This document shows, piece after piece, positions 1 to 9,072 of a stretch of 64,000 bases of DNA. The notes under the pieces were generated by a model that worked only from the letters and a program-made list of their open reading frames with translations, was not told the DNA's origin and searched no databases. The DNA lies in the NCBI GenBank assembly GCA_963770565.1, contig CAVYQE010000007.1, forward strand, positions 67,979 through 131,978. Reading direction: 5' to 3'. Source of the stretch: an uncultured Actinomycetota bacterium. GTDB taxonomy: Bacteria > Actinomycetota > Actinomycetes > JAFAQI01. Position numbers and translations under genes: made by a program. Position 1 is the first letter of the stretch, and each line of letters begins with the position of its first letter.

Positions 1-1665
1 GCGCACACCGTCATGGCCGAGGGCGGCATCGCCGCCTCGATGGGCAACGTCTGGCCCGAGGACAACTGGCAGGTGCACTTCCGCGACACGATGCGCGGCG
101 GCAAGATGCTGAACAACTGGCGGATGGCGCAGCTGCATGCCCAGGAGGCGCCGGACCGGGTCTGGGAGCTCGAGGAATGGGGTGCGCTGTTCGACCGGAC
201 CGCTGAGGGCAAGATCTCCCAGCGCGACTTCGGCGGCCATCGTTACGCCCGGCTCGCGCACGTCGGCGACCGTACCGGCCTGGAGATGATCCGCACCCTG
301 CAGCAGCGTGCGGTGGATCTCGGCATCGACGTCTACATGGAATGCACGGTCACCCGGCTGCTCAAGCACGGCGACGCGATCGCCGGCACCTTCGGCTACT
401 GGCGCGAGACCGGCTCGTTCATCCAGCTGAACGCACCCGCGGTGATCATCGCCACCGGGGGCATCGGCAAGTCGTTCAAGGTCACCAGCAACTCGTGGGA
501 ATACACCGGTGACGGGCACGCGCTCGCGCTGTCCACCGGCGCATCGCTGATCAACATGGAGTTCGTGCAGTTCCACCCGACCGGCATGGTGTGGCCACTG
601 TCGGTGCGCGGGTTGCTGATCACCGAGTCGGTGCGTGGCGAGGGCGGCGTACTCCGCAACTCCGAGGGCAAGCGGTTCATGTTCGACTACATCTCCGACT
701 ACTTCAAAGCGGAGACCGCCGACACCGAAGAAGAAGCCGACCGCTGGTACGACGACCACATCAACAACCGGCGGCCGCCCGAGTTGCTGCCGCGCGACGA
801 GGTCGCGCGCGCGATCAACTCGGAAATCAAGGCCGGGCGTGGCTCGCCGCACGGCGGGGTCTTCCTCGACATCGCGACCCGGCGGAGCGCGGCCGACATC
901 CACAAACGACTCCCCTCGATGTATCACCAGTTCAAGGAGCTCGCCGACGTCGACATCACGACCGACCCGATGGAGGTTGCGCCGACCGCTCACTACGTGA
1001 TGGGCGGGGTCGAGGTCGATCCCGAGACCCAGGCCGCGACCATTCCGGGCCTGTTCGCCGTCGGCGAGGCCTCCGGCGGCATGCACGGCTCCAACCGGCT
1101 CGGTGGCAACTCGCTGAGCGATCTGCTGGTGTTCGGCAAGCGGGCGGGGGAGTTCGCCGCGGACTACGCGGCCAAGCTCCCGGCCCGCCAGGCGGCGACC
1201 GCGGCGGACGTCAACGACGCGATCGCCGAGGCGCTGAAGCCGTTCTCGACCAACGGCGGCGAGAACGCCTACGCCGTACAAGCCGAGTTGCAGGACGTGA
1301 TGTTCTCCCTGGTCGGCATCATCCGCAATGCCGGCGAGCTGACCCAGGCGTTGGCGGAGATCGAGAAGTTCAAGGCCCGGGCCGCCGCGGTCAGTGTCGA
1401 AGGCGGCCGCGCCTACAACCCGGGCTGGCACGTCGCGCTCGACATCCACGCGATGCTGACCGTCTCGGAAGCGTGTGCGCGCGCGGCGCTGGAGCGAACC
1501 GAGAGTCGTGGCGGTCACACCCGCGAGGACTACCCCGCCACCGACCCGGCCTGGGGCAAGGTCAACCTCATCGTCACAGAGAGGGACGGGGCGATCACGA
1601 TCGAGCACAAGCCGTTGCCGCAGATGCCCGCCGAGTTGGCCACGTTGTTCGAGGAAGGCCACTGA
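1..1665 (+). CDS. sdhA: Succinate dehydrogenase/fumarate reductase flavoprotein subunit (5' partial; mycobacterial Sdh1-like)
   Basis: AHTVMAEGG FAD-attachment motif, RDFGGH, MEFVQFHPTG, HGSNRLGGNSL, RTESRGGH. The frame is open from base 1. Confidence 0.95.
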   Translation, partial: AHTVMAEGGIAASMGNVWPEDNWQVHFRDTMRGGKMLNNWRMAQLHAQEAPDRVWELEEWGALFDRTAEGKISQRDFGGHRYARLAHVGDRTGLEMIRTLQQRAVDLGIDVYMECTVTRLLKHGDAIAGTFGYWRETGSFIQLNAPAVIIATGGIGKSFKVTSNSWEYTGDGHALALSTGASLINMEFVQFHPTGMVWPLSVRGLLITESVRGEGGVLRNSEGKRFMFDYISDYFKAETADTEEEADRWYDDHINNRRPPELLPRDEVARAINSEIKAGRGSPHGGVFLDIATRRSAADIHKRLPSMYHQFKELADVDITTDPMEVAPTAHYVMGGVEVDPETQAATIPGLFAVGEASGGMHGSNRLGGNSLSDLLVFGKRAGEFAADYAAKLPARQAATAADVNDAIAEALKPFSTNGGENAYAVQAELQDVMFSLVGIIRNAGELTQALAEIEKFKARAAAVSVEGGRAYNPGWHVALDIHAMLTVSEACARAALERTESRGGHTREDYPATDPAWGKVNLIVTERDGAITIEHKPLPQMPAELATLFEEGH

Positions 1666-2627
1666 TGGCGCGCGACCTTCACCTCCGGGTATGGCGCGGT
1701 GACGCGACCGGCGGCGACTTCGTCGACTACACGGTCGCGGTCGAGGACGGCGAGGTCGTCCTCGACGCGCTGCACCGACTGCAGGCGACCCAGACCGGCG
1801 ACCTCGCGATCCGCTGGAACTGCAAGGCCGGCAAGTGCGGCTCGTGCAGTGCAGAAATCAACGGCAAGCCGCGCCTGATGTGCATGACGCGGCTCTCGAC
1901 GTTCGACCCGGACGAGACCATCACGGTCAACCCGATGCGCACGTTCCCGGTCATTCGTGACCTGGTCACCGATGTCTCCTTCAACTTCGAGAAGGCGCGC
2001 GATGTGCCCGCGTTCGCACCGCCGTCCGACAACGTCGGCGGCAAGTTCCGGATGTCACAGGTCGACGTCGACCGCAGCCAGGAGTTCCGCAAGTGCATCG
2101 AATGCTTCCTGTGCCAAAACACCTGCCACGTGATCCGCGACCACGAGGAGAACAAGCCGGCCTTCGCCGGCCCGCGGTTCTTCATCCGGTACGCCGAGCT
2201 CGACATGCATCCGCTCGACACCCAGGACCGCAAGCAGATGGTGCAGCAGGAAGAAGGGCTCGGCTACTGCAACATCACCAAGTGCTGTACCGAGGTCTGT
2301 CCGGAGAACATCAAGATCACCGACAACGGGATTATCCCGCTCAAGGAGCGCGTGGTCGACACCAAGTACGACCCGATCCTGTTCCTCGGCTCGAAGATCG
2401 GCATGCGCAAGCAGACCCGCACCCCGGTCGGCCCGGCGGCCTCTCGTGCCGTCAGTCCGATCAAGCACCCGGAGAAGTCCGCCGGTGACGAGGTCGCCGC
2501 GTCGGTCGCCGTCGACCCGGGCGGTGACAGCGTGCTCCGCAAGGCCGCGATTCCGGCCGGCGCGACCGGGGCTGCGGCGGGCGTCGGCTTCCTCGCCTGG
2601 TTGATGCGAAAGCGGCGGACCAGCTGA
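1665..2627 (+). CDS. sdhB: Succinate dehydrogenase/fumarate reductase iron-sulfur subunit with C-terminal extension
   Basis: ATG overlaps the sdhA stop (TGATG). Cys clusters CKAGKCGSC...C, CIECFLCQNTC, CNITKCCTEVCP. Confidence 0.95.
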   Translation: MARDLHLRVWRGDATGGDFVDYTVAVEDGEVVLDALHRLQATQTGDLAIRWNCKAGKCGSCSAEINGKPRLMCMTRLSTFDPDETITVNPMRTFPVIRDLVTDVSFNFEKARDVPAFAPPSDNVGGKFRMSQVDVDRSQEFRKCIECFLCQNTCHVIRDHEENKPAFAGPRFFIRYAELDMHPLDTQDRKQMVQQEEGLGYCNITKCCTEVCPENIKITDNGIIPLKERVVDTKYDPILFLGSKIGMRKQTRTPVGPAASRAVSPIKHPEKSAGDEVAASVAVDPGGDSVLRKAAIPAGATGAAAGVGFLAWLMRKRRTS

Positions 2628-3442
2628 GCGACCCGCTCGCCGAGGAGCTGCTGGCGCTGGCTCGTGACCTGGCCCGGGCCGCCGGGGAAGAATTACGCGC
2701 CCGGCCCGACGATCTCGGCGTGACGACCAAGTCCGGACCGACCGACGTCGTCACGGTCATGGACAAGTCAGCCGAGAAGGTCATCCTCGCCGGGTTGGCG
2801 GAAGCCCGCCCCGACGATGCGATCGTCAGCGAGGAGAGCGCCGAGACCGCCGGCAGCTCCGGGGTCCGCTGGCTCATCGACCCGCTCGACGGGACGGTCA
2901 ACTACCTGTACGGAATCCCGCGTTATGCCGTGTCGATCGCCGTCGAGATCGCCGAGCAGGCGGCCTGTGGAGTTGTCCTCGACGTCGTGCTCGGCCAGGA
3001 GTACACCGCGATCCGCGGGGCGGGTGCCTATCGCGACGGCGTCCGGCTCGCCTGCTCGACCCAGACCGACCCGGCTCAGACGCTGCTCGCGACCGGCTTC
3101 GCCTACGACGTCGATCGCCGTACCGCTCAAGCGCGGACGATCGCGAGCGTCCTGCCGGCCGTCCGTGACATCCGGCGCTTCGGGTCGGCCGCGCTCGACC
3201 TCTGCGATGTGGCGAGCGGCCGGGTGGACGCGTACTACGAGGCCGGCATGCACCCATGGGACTGGGCGGCCGGGGCACTGATCGCCCGCGAGGCCGGTGC
3301 CCGGGTCGACGGCCTGTCCGGGCGGCCGCCGGGCAACCACACCACCCTCGCCGCGAACCCGGTCCTGTTCGATGTGCTGCATCATGTATTGGTAGCCGCA
3401 AACGCGGATGCGACGCAGACCAGGGGCGCGACAGGAGGCTGA
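2624..3442 (+). CDS. suhB: Inositol monophosphatase family protein
   Basis: WLIDPLDGTVNY, RRFGSAALDL, WDWAAGALIAREAG. Homology extends upstream of 2720 to a CTG overlapping the sdhB stop, so the start is uncertain. Confidence 0.85.
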   Translation: MSDPLAEELLALARDLARAAGEELRARPDDLGVTTKSGPTDVVTVMDKSAEKVILAGLAEARPDDAIVSEESAETAGSSGVRWLIDPLDGTVNYLYGIPRYAVSIAVEIAEQAACGVVLDVVLGQEYTAIRGAGAYRDGVRLACSTQTDPAQTLLATGFAYDVDRRTAQARTIASVLPAVRDIRRFGSAALDLCDVASGRVDAYYEAGMHPWDWAAGALIAREAGARVDGLSGRPPGNHTTLAANPVLFDVLHHVLVAANADATQTRGATGG

Positions 3443-3443
3443 G

Positions 3444-4587
3444 ATGCCCACCGGCCGCAAGGCGACGACGGTGGTCTGGATCAGCGCAGCCGTGTTGTTG
3501 GTCGGGACTGTTCTCGGCACGGTCGCTGTCGCGCTGATCCGGGCCAACTCGCAGCAGGCGGCCGCGGCGTCGTCGGCGCTCCCAGTCACCACCCCCACCC
3601 CGGTCGAGGCGACGACGCCCCCGGCTGCCCCCACCGTTCCGCCGCTTGGCCGGCTCACCCCGCCCGACGCCGTCGTGACCCTGCCGCACGCGGCGAGCAT
3701 CGGCGCGACCGGTCGGCTGAGTGCGATGGCGGGGGTGCGCATCGTGGCGGTCGCCTCGCGCGGCGTCGTACGGGTCGGCGGGACCATGTTGCACGTGCTC
3801 GGCGTGCCGCTGAACACGGTCCGCGGGTTCACCCCCTCGCTGACCGCGTCCTCCACGCCGCTATGGCAGTCGATTGCCCGAGGCGAGCTCACCGTGGCCT
3901 ACGCCCACAGCCGTACGTTGCGGCACCGGCTCGGCGCGACGCTGGCCGCCCGAGGTGCGCGCGGCACGGCCGGCCGGCTCCGGATCGGCGCGTTCGCGAC
4001 GATCGGACTGCCCGGCGCGCAAGGGATGCTGTCCGCGAGTGCCGGGTCCGCGCTCGGTTTCGCGCCGGCCCGCGAGATCCTGATCTCGGCGCCGAAGATC
4101 TCGGTGACCACGTTGCGCGACGACGTACGGACCGCGCTCGGGCCCAAGGCGGCCGTCGACATCACCCGGGTCGCGCCGGTCAACCAGTCGCTGTCGAGCA
4201 ACTACGCGCTCTCGACCATCCCGCCGACGTACCTCGCGTTGTACCGCCGGGCGGCGGTCGACCTGCCCCGGCCTGCCGTGGACGGTCCTCGCCGCGGTCG
4301 GCACGGTCGAGACCGGCAACGGCCGGGACGTCCACCGGTCGGTGGCCGGCGCCGAAGGCCCGATGCAGTTCCTGCCGTCGACCTGGGCGGTCTGGGGGTA
4401 CGACGCCGACGGGGACGGTAAGGCCGACATCCACGATCCGGTCGACGCGGTCTTCTCGGCCGCGCGCTACCTGTGCGCCGCGGGCGCCGGCCGCGGCGGC
4501 CAGTCGCTCGACGACGCGATCTTTGCCTACAACCACGCCTGGTGGTACGTCCGAGAAGTGGTTCTGATCGCCAATCAGTACGCGTGA
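3444..4587 (+). CDS. Membrane-anchored lytic transglycosylase (SLT-like C-terminal domain); apparent +1 frameshift near 4258
   Basis: N-terminal TM segment. After the shift the frame reads TCPGLPWTVLAAVGTVET...GAEGPMQFLPSTW...DAVFSAARYLC...AIFAYNH. Confidence 0.8.
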
Positions 4588-4599
4588 GAGGCTCGCGGC

Positions 4600-6210
4600 A
4601 TGGCGGACTATGTGATTGTCGGCGCTGGATCCGCGGGTTGTGTGCTGGCCGCCCGCCTCACCGAGGATCCCTCGGTCTCGGTGACCTTGCTGGAGGCCGG
4701 TGGCCGCGACACCGCGCGCAACATTTCGATCCCAGCTGCCTTCGGCCAGCTGTTCCGGACCGACGTCGACTGGGACTTCGCCACCGACCCTGAGCCGGGC
4801 TGCGACGACCGCGAGATGTATTGGCCGCGTGGCAAGGTGCTCGGTGGCTCCTCGTCGATCAACGCGATGATCTACATCCGCGGCAACCGGGCGGACTTCG
4901 ACGGCTGGCGCGACGGTGGCTGCGACGGCTGGGGGTACGACGACGTCCTGCCGTACTTCCTGCGGTCCGAGGGCAATGAGCGCGGCCGGTCGCAGTTCCA
5001 CAATGCCGACGGCCCGCTGACCGTCTCCGACCAGCGATCGCCGCACCTGATCTCGCAGGCGTATGTGGAGGCGGCCGGCCAGGCCGGGCTGCCGATAAAC
5101 CCGGATTTCAACGGCGCTACGCAGGACGGCATCGGGATCTACCAGGCGACGCAGCGCAGCGGTCGCCGCTGCTCGACCGCGACCGCGTTCTTGAAGCCGG
5201 CGCTCAACCGGCCGAACCTCTCGGTGGTGACCGGCGCACCGGCCGGCCGGGTCGTGGTCGAGCGCGGCCGGGCGACCGCAGTTGAGGTGCTGATCGACGG
5301 GCGACGGCAGGTGTTCCGGGCGGATCGCGAGATCGTGCTGGCTGGCGGCGCCATTGGCACCCCCCAGCTGCTCCTGCTCTCCGGGATCGGCCCGGCTGAC
5401 GAGATCCGCGCGCACGGGATCGACGTCGTCGTCGACTCGCCGAAGGTCGGGCGCAACCTGCAGGACCACGTCGTCGCCGGCGGCGCCTGGCACACCCCCG
5501 AGCCGATCACGATGGTCGGCGCGGACAAGAACATCAAGCACATCGCCAACTACCTGCTGCGCCGGCGCGGGCCGTTCTCCTCGGTCGTCGCCGAGGCCGG
5601 CGGGTTTATCCGGACCGATCCGTCGTTGCCGGCACCGGACATCCAGCTGTTGTTCGCGCCGGCGATGTTCCTCGATCACGGGTTCACCGATCCGCCCGGG
5701 CACGGCATCGCGTTGGCGCCGTACCTGCTCACGCCCGAGAGCCGGGGGAGCATCACGCTCCGGTCCGCCGACCCGGCCGCCAAGCCGCACATCCAGGCCA
5801 ACTACTACGCCGAGCGCGCGGACCTCGATCGGATGCTGGCCGGCCTGCGGGTCTGCTTCGACATCGCCGCTCAACCCGCGCTTGCGCCGTACGTCAGTGG
5901 GCGCTTCCTGCCCACGGACGGCGCGGACGACGACCAGGCGCTGACCGAGTTCCTGCGGGCGAAGAGCGAGACGATCTACCACCCGGCCGGCACGGCGGCG
6001 ATGGGGTCGGGCGACACCGATGTGTGCGATCCCCAGTTGCGGGTACGAGGGGTCAGTGGGTTGCGGGTCGCCGATGCGTCGGTCATGCCGACCGTCACCC
6101 GCGGCAACACCAATGCGCCGGTCATCATGATCGGCGAGAAGGCGGCCGACCTGCTCCGAGCTGGTTCGAGCTCGTCGCAGACGGTCGCGACCGGCTCGCC
6201 GGCGGCCTAA
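4600..6210 (+). CDS. GMC family oxidoreductase (choline dehydrogenase-like)
   Basis: GAGSAG FAD motif, RGKVLGGSSSINAM, GRNLQDH, GNTNAPVIMIGEK. Confidence 0.92.
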   Translation: MADYVIVGAGSAGCVLAARLTEDPSVSVTLLEAGGRDTARNISIPAAFGQLFRTDVDWDFATDPEPGCDDREMYWPRGKVLGGSSSINAMIYIRGNRADFDGWRDGGCDGWGYDDVLPYFLRSEGNERGRSQFHNADGPLTVSDQRSPHLISQAYVEAAGQAGLPINPDFNGATQDGIGIYQATQRSGRRCSTATAFLKPALNRPNLSVVTGAPAGRVVVERGRATAVEVLIDGRRQVFRADREIVLAGGAIGTPQLLLLSGIGPADEIRAHGIDVVVDSPKVGRNLQDHVVAGGAWHTPEPITMVGADKNIKHIANYLLRRRGPFSSVVAEAGGFIRTDPSLPAPDIQLLFAPAMFLDHGFTDPPGHGIALAPYLLTPESRGSITLRSADPAAKPHIQANYYAERADLDRMLAGLRVCFDIAAQPALAPYVSGRFLPTDGADDDQALTEFLRAKSETIYHPAGTAAMGSGDTDVCDPQLRVRGVSGLRVADASVMPTVTRGNTNAPVIMIGEKAADLLRAGSSSSQTVATGSPAA

Positions 6211-6223
6211 GGAGTCGTTCGTC

Positions 6224-7060
6224 GTGACGGCAGTACCCGAGATCACCCTCAACAACGGGCAGAGCATTCCGCAGTTCGGCTTCGGCGTCTTCCAGGTCAA
6301 GCCGTCGGACACCGTCGACGCGACGCTGACCGCCCTCGAGGCGGGCTACCGTCACCTCGACACCGCCGAGATGTACGGCAACGAGCGCGAGGTCGGCGAG
6401 GCCATCGGCAAGTCGGGCCTCGATCGCTCGGACGTGTTCGTGACGAGCAAGCTCGACAACGGCTTCCACGAGCCGGCCGACGCGCGCCGCGCGTTCGATG
6501 CCTCGCTCGCCGCCCTCGGCTTCGACTACGTCGACCTGTTCCTCATCCACTGGCCGTTGCCCACCCGGTACGGCGGCGACTTCGTGTCGACCTGGGCGAC
6601 GCTCGAGGAGTTCTACCGGGACGGTCGGGCCCGCTCGATCGGCGTCTCGAACTTCCAGGCCAACCACCTTCGCCGGCTCCAGCAGGAGTGCACCGTCACT
6701 CCCGCGGTGAACCAGATCGAGGTGCATCCGTACCTGATCCAGGACGAGCTGCGTGCGGTCTGCGCCGAGCAGCAGATCGCGGTCGAGGCGTGGTCGCCGA
6801 TCGGTCGGGGCCGGGTGCTCGACGACCCGACGATCGGCACGATCGCGGCGCGGGTCGGCAAGACGCCGGCTCAAGTCGTCCTGCGCTGGCACGTGCAGCG
6901 CGGTGACATCGTCTTTCCCCGGTCGGTCCGCCCGGAGCGGATCCGGGAGAACATCGCAGTCTTCGACTTCGAACTCTCCGGCGACGACATGGCCGCGATC
7001 AGCGCGTTGAACCGCAACGAACGGGTCGGCCCCGACCCCGACACCTTCGAAGGCGTCTAG
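6224..7060 (+). CDS. Aldo/keto reductase (2,5-diketo-D-gluconate reductase-like)
   Basis: GYRHLDTAEMYGNE, LFLIHWP, IGVSNF, NQIEVHP. Confidence 0.92.
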   Translation: MTAVPEITLNNGQSIPQFGFGVFQVKPSDTVDATLTALEAGYRHLDTAEMYGNEREVGEAIGKSGLDRSDVFVTSKLDNGFHEPADARRAFDASLAALGFDYVDLFLIHWPLPTRYGGDFVSTWATLEEFYRDGRARSIGVSNFQANHLRRLQQECTVTPAVNQIEVHPYLIQDELRAVCAEQQIAVEAWSPIGRGRVLDDPTIGTIAARVGKTPAQVVLRWHVQRGDIVFPRSVRPERIRENIAVFDFELSGDDMAAISALNRNERVGPDPDTFEGV

Positions 7061-7085
7061 CGCGCACTGTCGCCAAACTCCCGCC

Positions 7086-7149
7086 GATCTTCGCCCCATG
7101 ACCACTTCTCCGGCGTGTCGCGCGAATTCCGGTATCGAGAACGACGATC
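7086..7149. repeat. REP-like imperfect palindrome, family A
   Basis: Bounded by GATC at both ends, between convergent genes. Its reverse complement aligns with 59650-59714 and shares a TCGCGCGAC(A/C)CGCCG core. Confidence 0.6.
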
Positions 7150-8422
7150 AGCTGCTGTGCGCAGTTCCTGCGGCGCGGGCGCGAGCTTCGGACAACGCTC
7201 GCTCTCGGGCGTTCTCGGTGAGCACGGCCGCGCGCTCGAACTCGGCGCGCGCCTCGTCGAGGCGGCCGAGCTTCCACAACAGGTCGCCACGCACGCTCGG
7301 CAGCAGGTGATATCCGGTCAGCTCCCTTGCGTCCGCGATCGCGTCGACGACGTCGAGACCGGCTTGCGGACCTGATGCCATCGAGACCGCAACCGCGCGG
7401 TTGAGCTCGATGATCGGCGACGGTCGGATCGCGACAAGTTCGGCGTACAGATCCGCCATCCGCGTCCATTCGGTGTCCTCGGCGCGGAAGGCGCGCGCGT
7501 GGCAAGCGGCGATCTCGGCCTGCAGCAGGTAAGGGCCTGAGCGCGCGCCGAGCGCCTCGGCCCGGGCGATCGCGGCGAGCCCGCGGTTGATCAGCAGCCG
7601 GTCCCAGCGCGTGCGGTCCTGGTCGAGCAACAGGATCGGCGTACCGTCCGGGGCGGTTCGCGCCGCGAACCGCGACGACTGGATCTCCATCAGCGCCACC
7701 AGACCGTGAACCTCCGGCTCATCGGGCATGAGCTCGGCAAGCACCCGTCCGAGCCGCAGCGCGTCGTAGCAGAGCGCGGGCCGCATCCAGTCCTCGCCAG
7801 CCGTTGCTGAGTAGCCCTCGTTGTAGATCAGGTAGATCACTTCGAGTACGGCGGCGAGTCGCTCGTTGCGCTCCGCGCCGGCGGGCACCTCGAATGGCAC
7901 GCCCGCGTTCGCGATCGCCTTCTTCGCCCGGACGATGCGTTGGGCGATCGTCGGCTCCGCGACCAGATAGGCGCGGGCGATCTCGGTCGTGGTGAGACCG
8001 CCGAGCATCCGCAGCGTCAGCGCGACCCGCGAGGGCATCGGCAGGACCGGATGGCAGGCGACGAACAGCAGCCGGAGCAGGTCGTCGTCGATGTCCTCGT
8101 CGACCACTCGGTCGAGGTCGGGATCGTGGCCGGCGTCGGCCGCGGCGAGGTCGCGTCCGATCTCGGCGTACTTGCGTTCGAGCCGGCGGTTGCGCCGGAA
8201 CAGGTCGATCGCGCGGCGTTTGGCGACGCTCATCAGCCAGGCGCCTGCGTTGCGCGGCACGCCGGAGGTCGGCCACTGCTCGAGCGCGGCGACGACCGCG
8301 TCCTGGGCGAGGTCCTCGGCGAGGCCGACGTCACCGGTGTAGCGGGCGAGACCGGCCACCAGACGCGGGAACTCGATCCGTACGACGGACTCGACCGCGG
8401 CCGAGGTGATGGAGTCCGTCAC
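7148..8422 (-). CDS. ECF sigma factor with C-terminal TPR-like extension (ECF42-like)
   Basis: Region 2 AEDLAQDA...WL..AKRRAID, region 4 LLFVACHPVL...GGLTTTEIARA, long C-terminal extension. Lies downstream of a DGPF/YciI gene. Confidence 0.88.
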   Translation of the reverse strand: MTDSITSAAVESVVRIEFPRLVAGLARYTGDVGLAEDLAQDAVVAALEQWPTSGVPRNAGAWLMSVAKRRAIDLFRRNRRLERKYAEIGRDLAAADAGHDPDLDRVVDEDIDDDLLRLLFVACHPVLPMPSRVALTLRMLGGLTTTEIARAYLVAEPTIAQRIVRAKKAIANAGVPFEVPAGAERNERLAAVLEVIYLIYNEGYSATAGEDWMRPALCYDALRLGRVLAELMPDEPEVHGLVALMEIQSSRFAARTAPDGTPILLLDQDRTRWDRLLINRGLAAIARAEALGARSGPYLLQAEIAACHARAFRAEDTEWTRMADLYAELVAIRPSPIIELNRAVAVSMASGPQAGLDVVDAIADARELTGYHLLPSVRGDLLWKLGRLDEARAEFERAAVLTENARERALSEARARAAGTAHSS

Positions 8423-8495
8423 GACACCCGATCAGACCATCCGCTGCCGGCTACCACCAAACTTGCGCACGGAGTGGCGCCGAGCCGCGCGCGGC

Positions 8496-8531
8496 GGCCG
8501 GCTGGCTGCGCTCTATGACAGCGAACCGGCC
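8496..8531. repeat. REP-like palindrome, family B
   Basis: GGCCGGCTGGCTGCGCTCTATGACAGCGAACCGGCC. The first 17 bp are identical to 53715-53731. Confidence 0.55.
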
Positions 8532-8569
8532 GCGGCGCGCGCAGTCGTGTCGGGCCCGTCAGTGCGCGA

Positions 8570-8920
8570 CTACTCCGGGCCCATCACCGGGCGGATTCGC
8601 GACTCGCCGCCGCCGGCGACGGTGAGGAACCGCTTGGTCCACTCGATCGCCTCGTCCTTGTCGCGGCACTCCATCAGCGCCCAGCCACCGACCAGCTCCT
8701 TGGCCTCGGCGAACGGGCCGTCGGTGACGGTGAACTCGCCGTTCGTGTAGCTGATCTTGGTGCCCATCGAGCTCGGCGCGAGGCCGCCGGTTGCGAGCAG
8801 TACGCCGGCCTTGGTCGCCTCTTCGACGAAGGCGCCCATCTGCTCGTACATTTCCGGCGTCGGCTCGGGCATCGGGAGCGGCTCGTTCTCGCTGGCGAGG
8901 GTGTAGCCGAAGAATCGCAT
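8570..8920 (-). CDS. YciI/DGPF family protein
   Basis: VTDGPFAEAKELVGGW motif; 116 aa. Confidence 0.9.
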   Translation of the reverse strand: MRFFGYTLASENEPLPMPEPTPEMYEQMGAFVEEATKAGVLLATGGLAPSSMGTKISYTNGEFTVTDGPFAEAKELVGGWALMECRDKDEAIEWTKRFLTVAGGGESRIRPVMGPE

Positions 8921-9013
8921 CGCAGTCGTCTCCGTTTCATCGGTTCGCGGCGCACCGCCGCGGTGCTCCGAGGATCCGGCCCGACGGGACGTCGTACCCG
9001 ATCCTGCCCGTGC

Positions 9014-9040
9014 GTCGAACCAGCCGGACTCAGATCGACA
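9014..9040 (-). promoter_or_regulatory. Putative ECF42-type promoter
   Basis: The minus strand reads TGTCGA-N16-TCGAC upstream of the yciI-sigma pair, matching the TGTCGA/CGA motif I recall for ECF42. Confidence 0.65.
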
Positions 9041-9072
9041 TCATCGCGAAACTTTCTTTGCGAGGTGCCGGC

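Noticed and set aside
4250-4265. Frameshift separating the SLT domain from its membrane anchor as a phase-variation switch
   Set aside because: There is no homopolymer or microsatellite tract at the site. It has the same +1 pattern as the other probable sequencing errors.
7148-9040. YciI plus long ECF sigma as a novel system
   Set aside because: This matches the described ECF42/DGPF arrangement, including the promoter motif.
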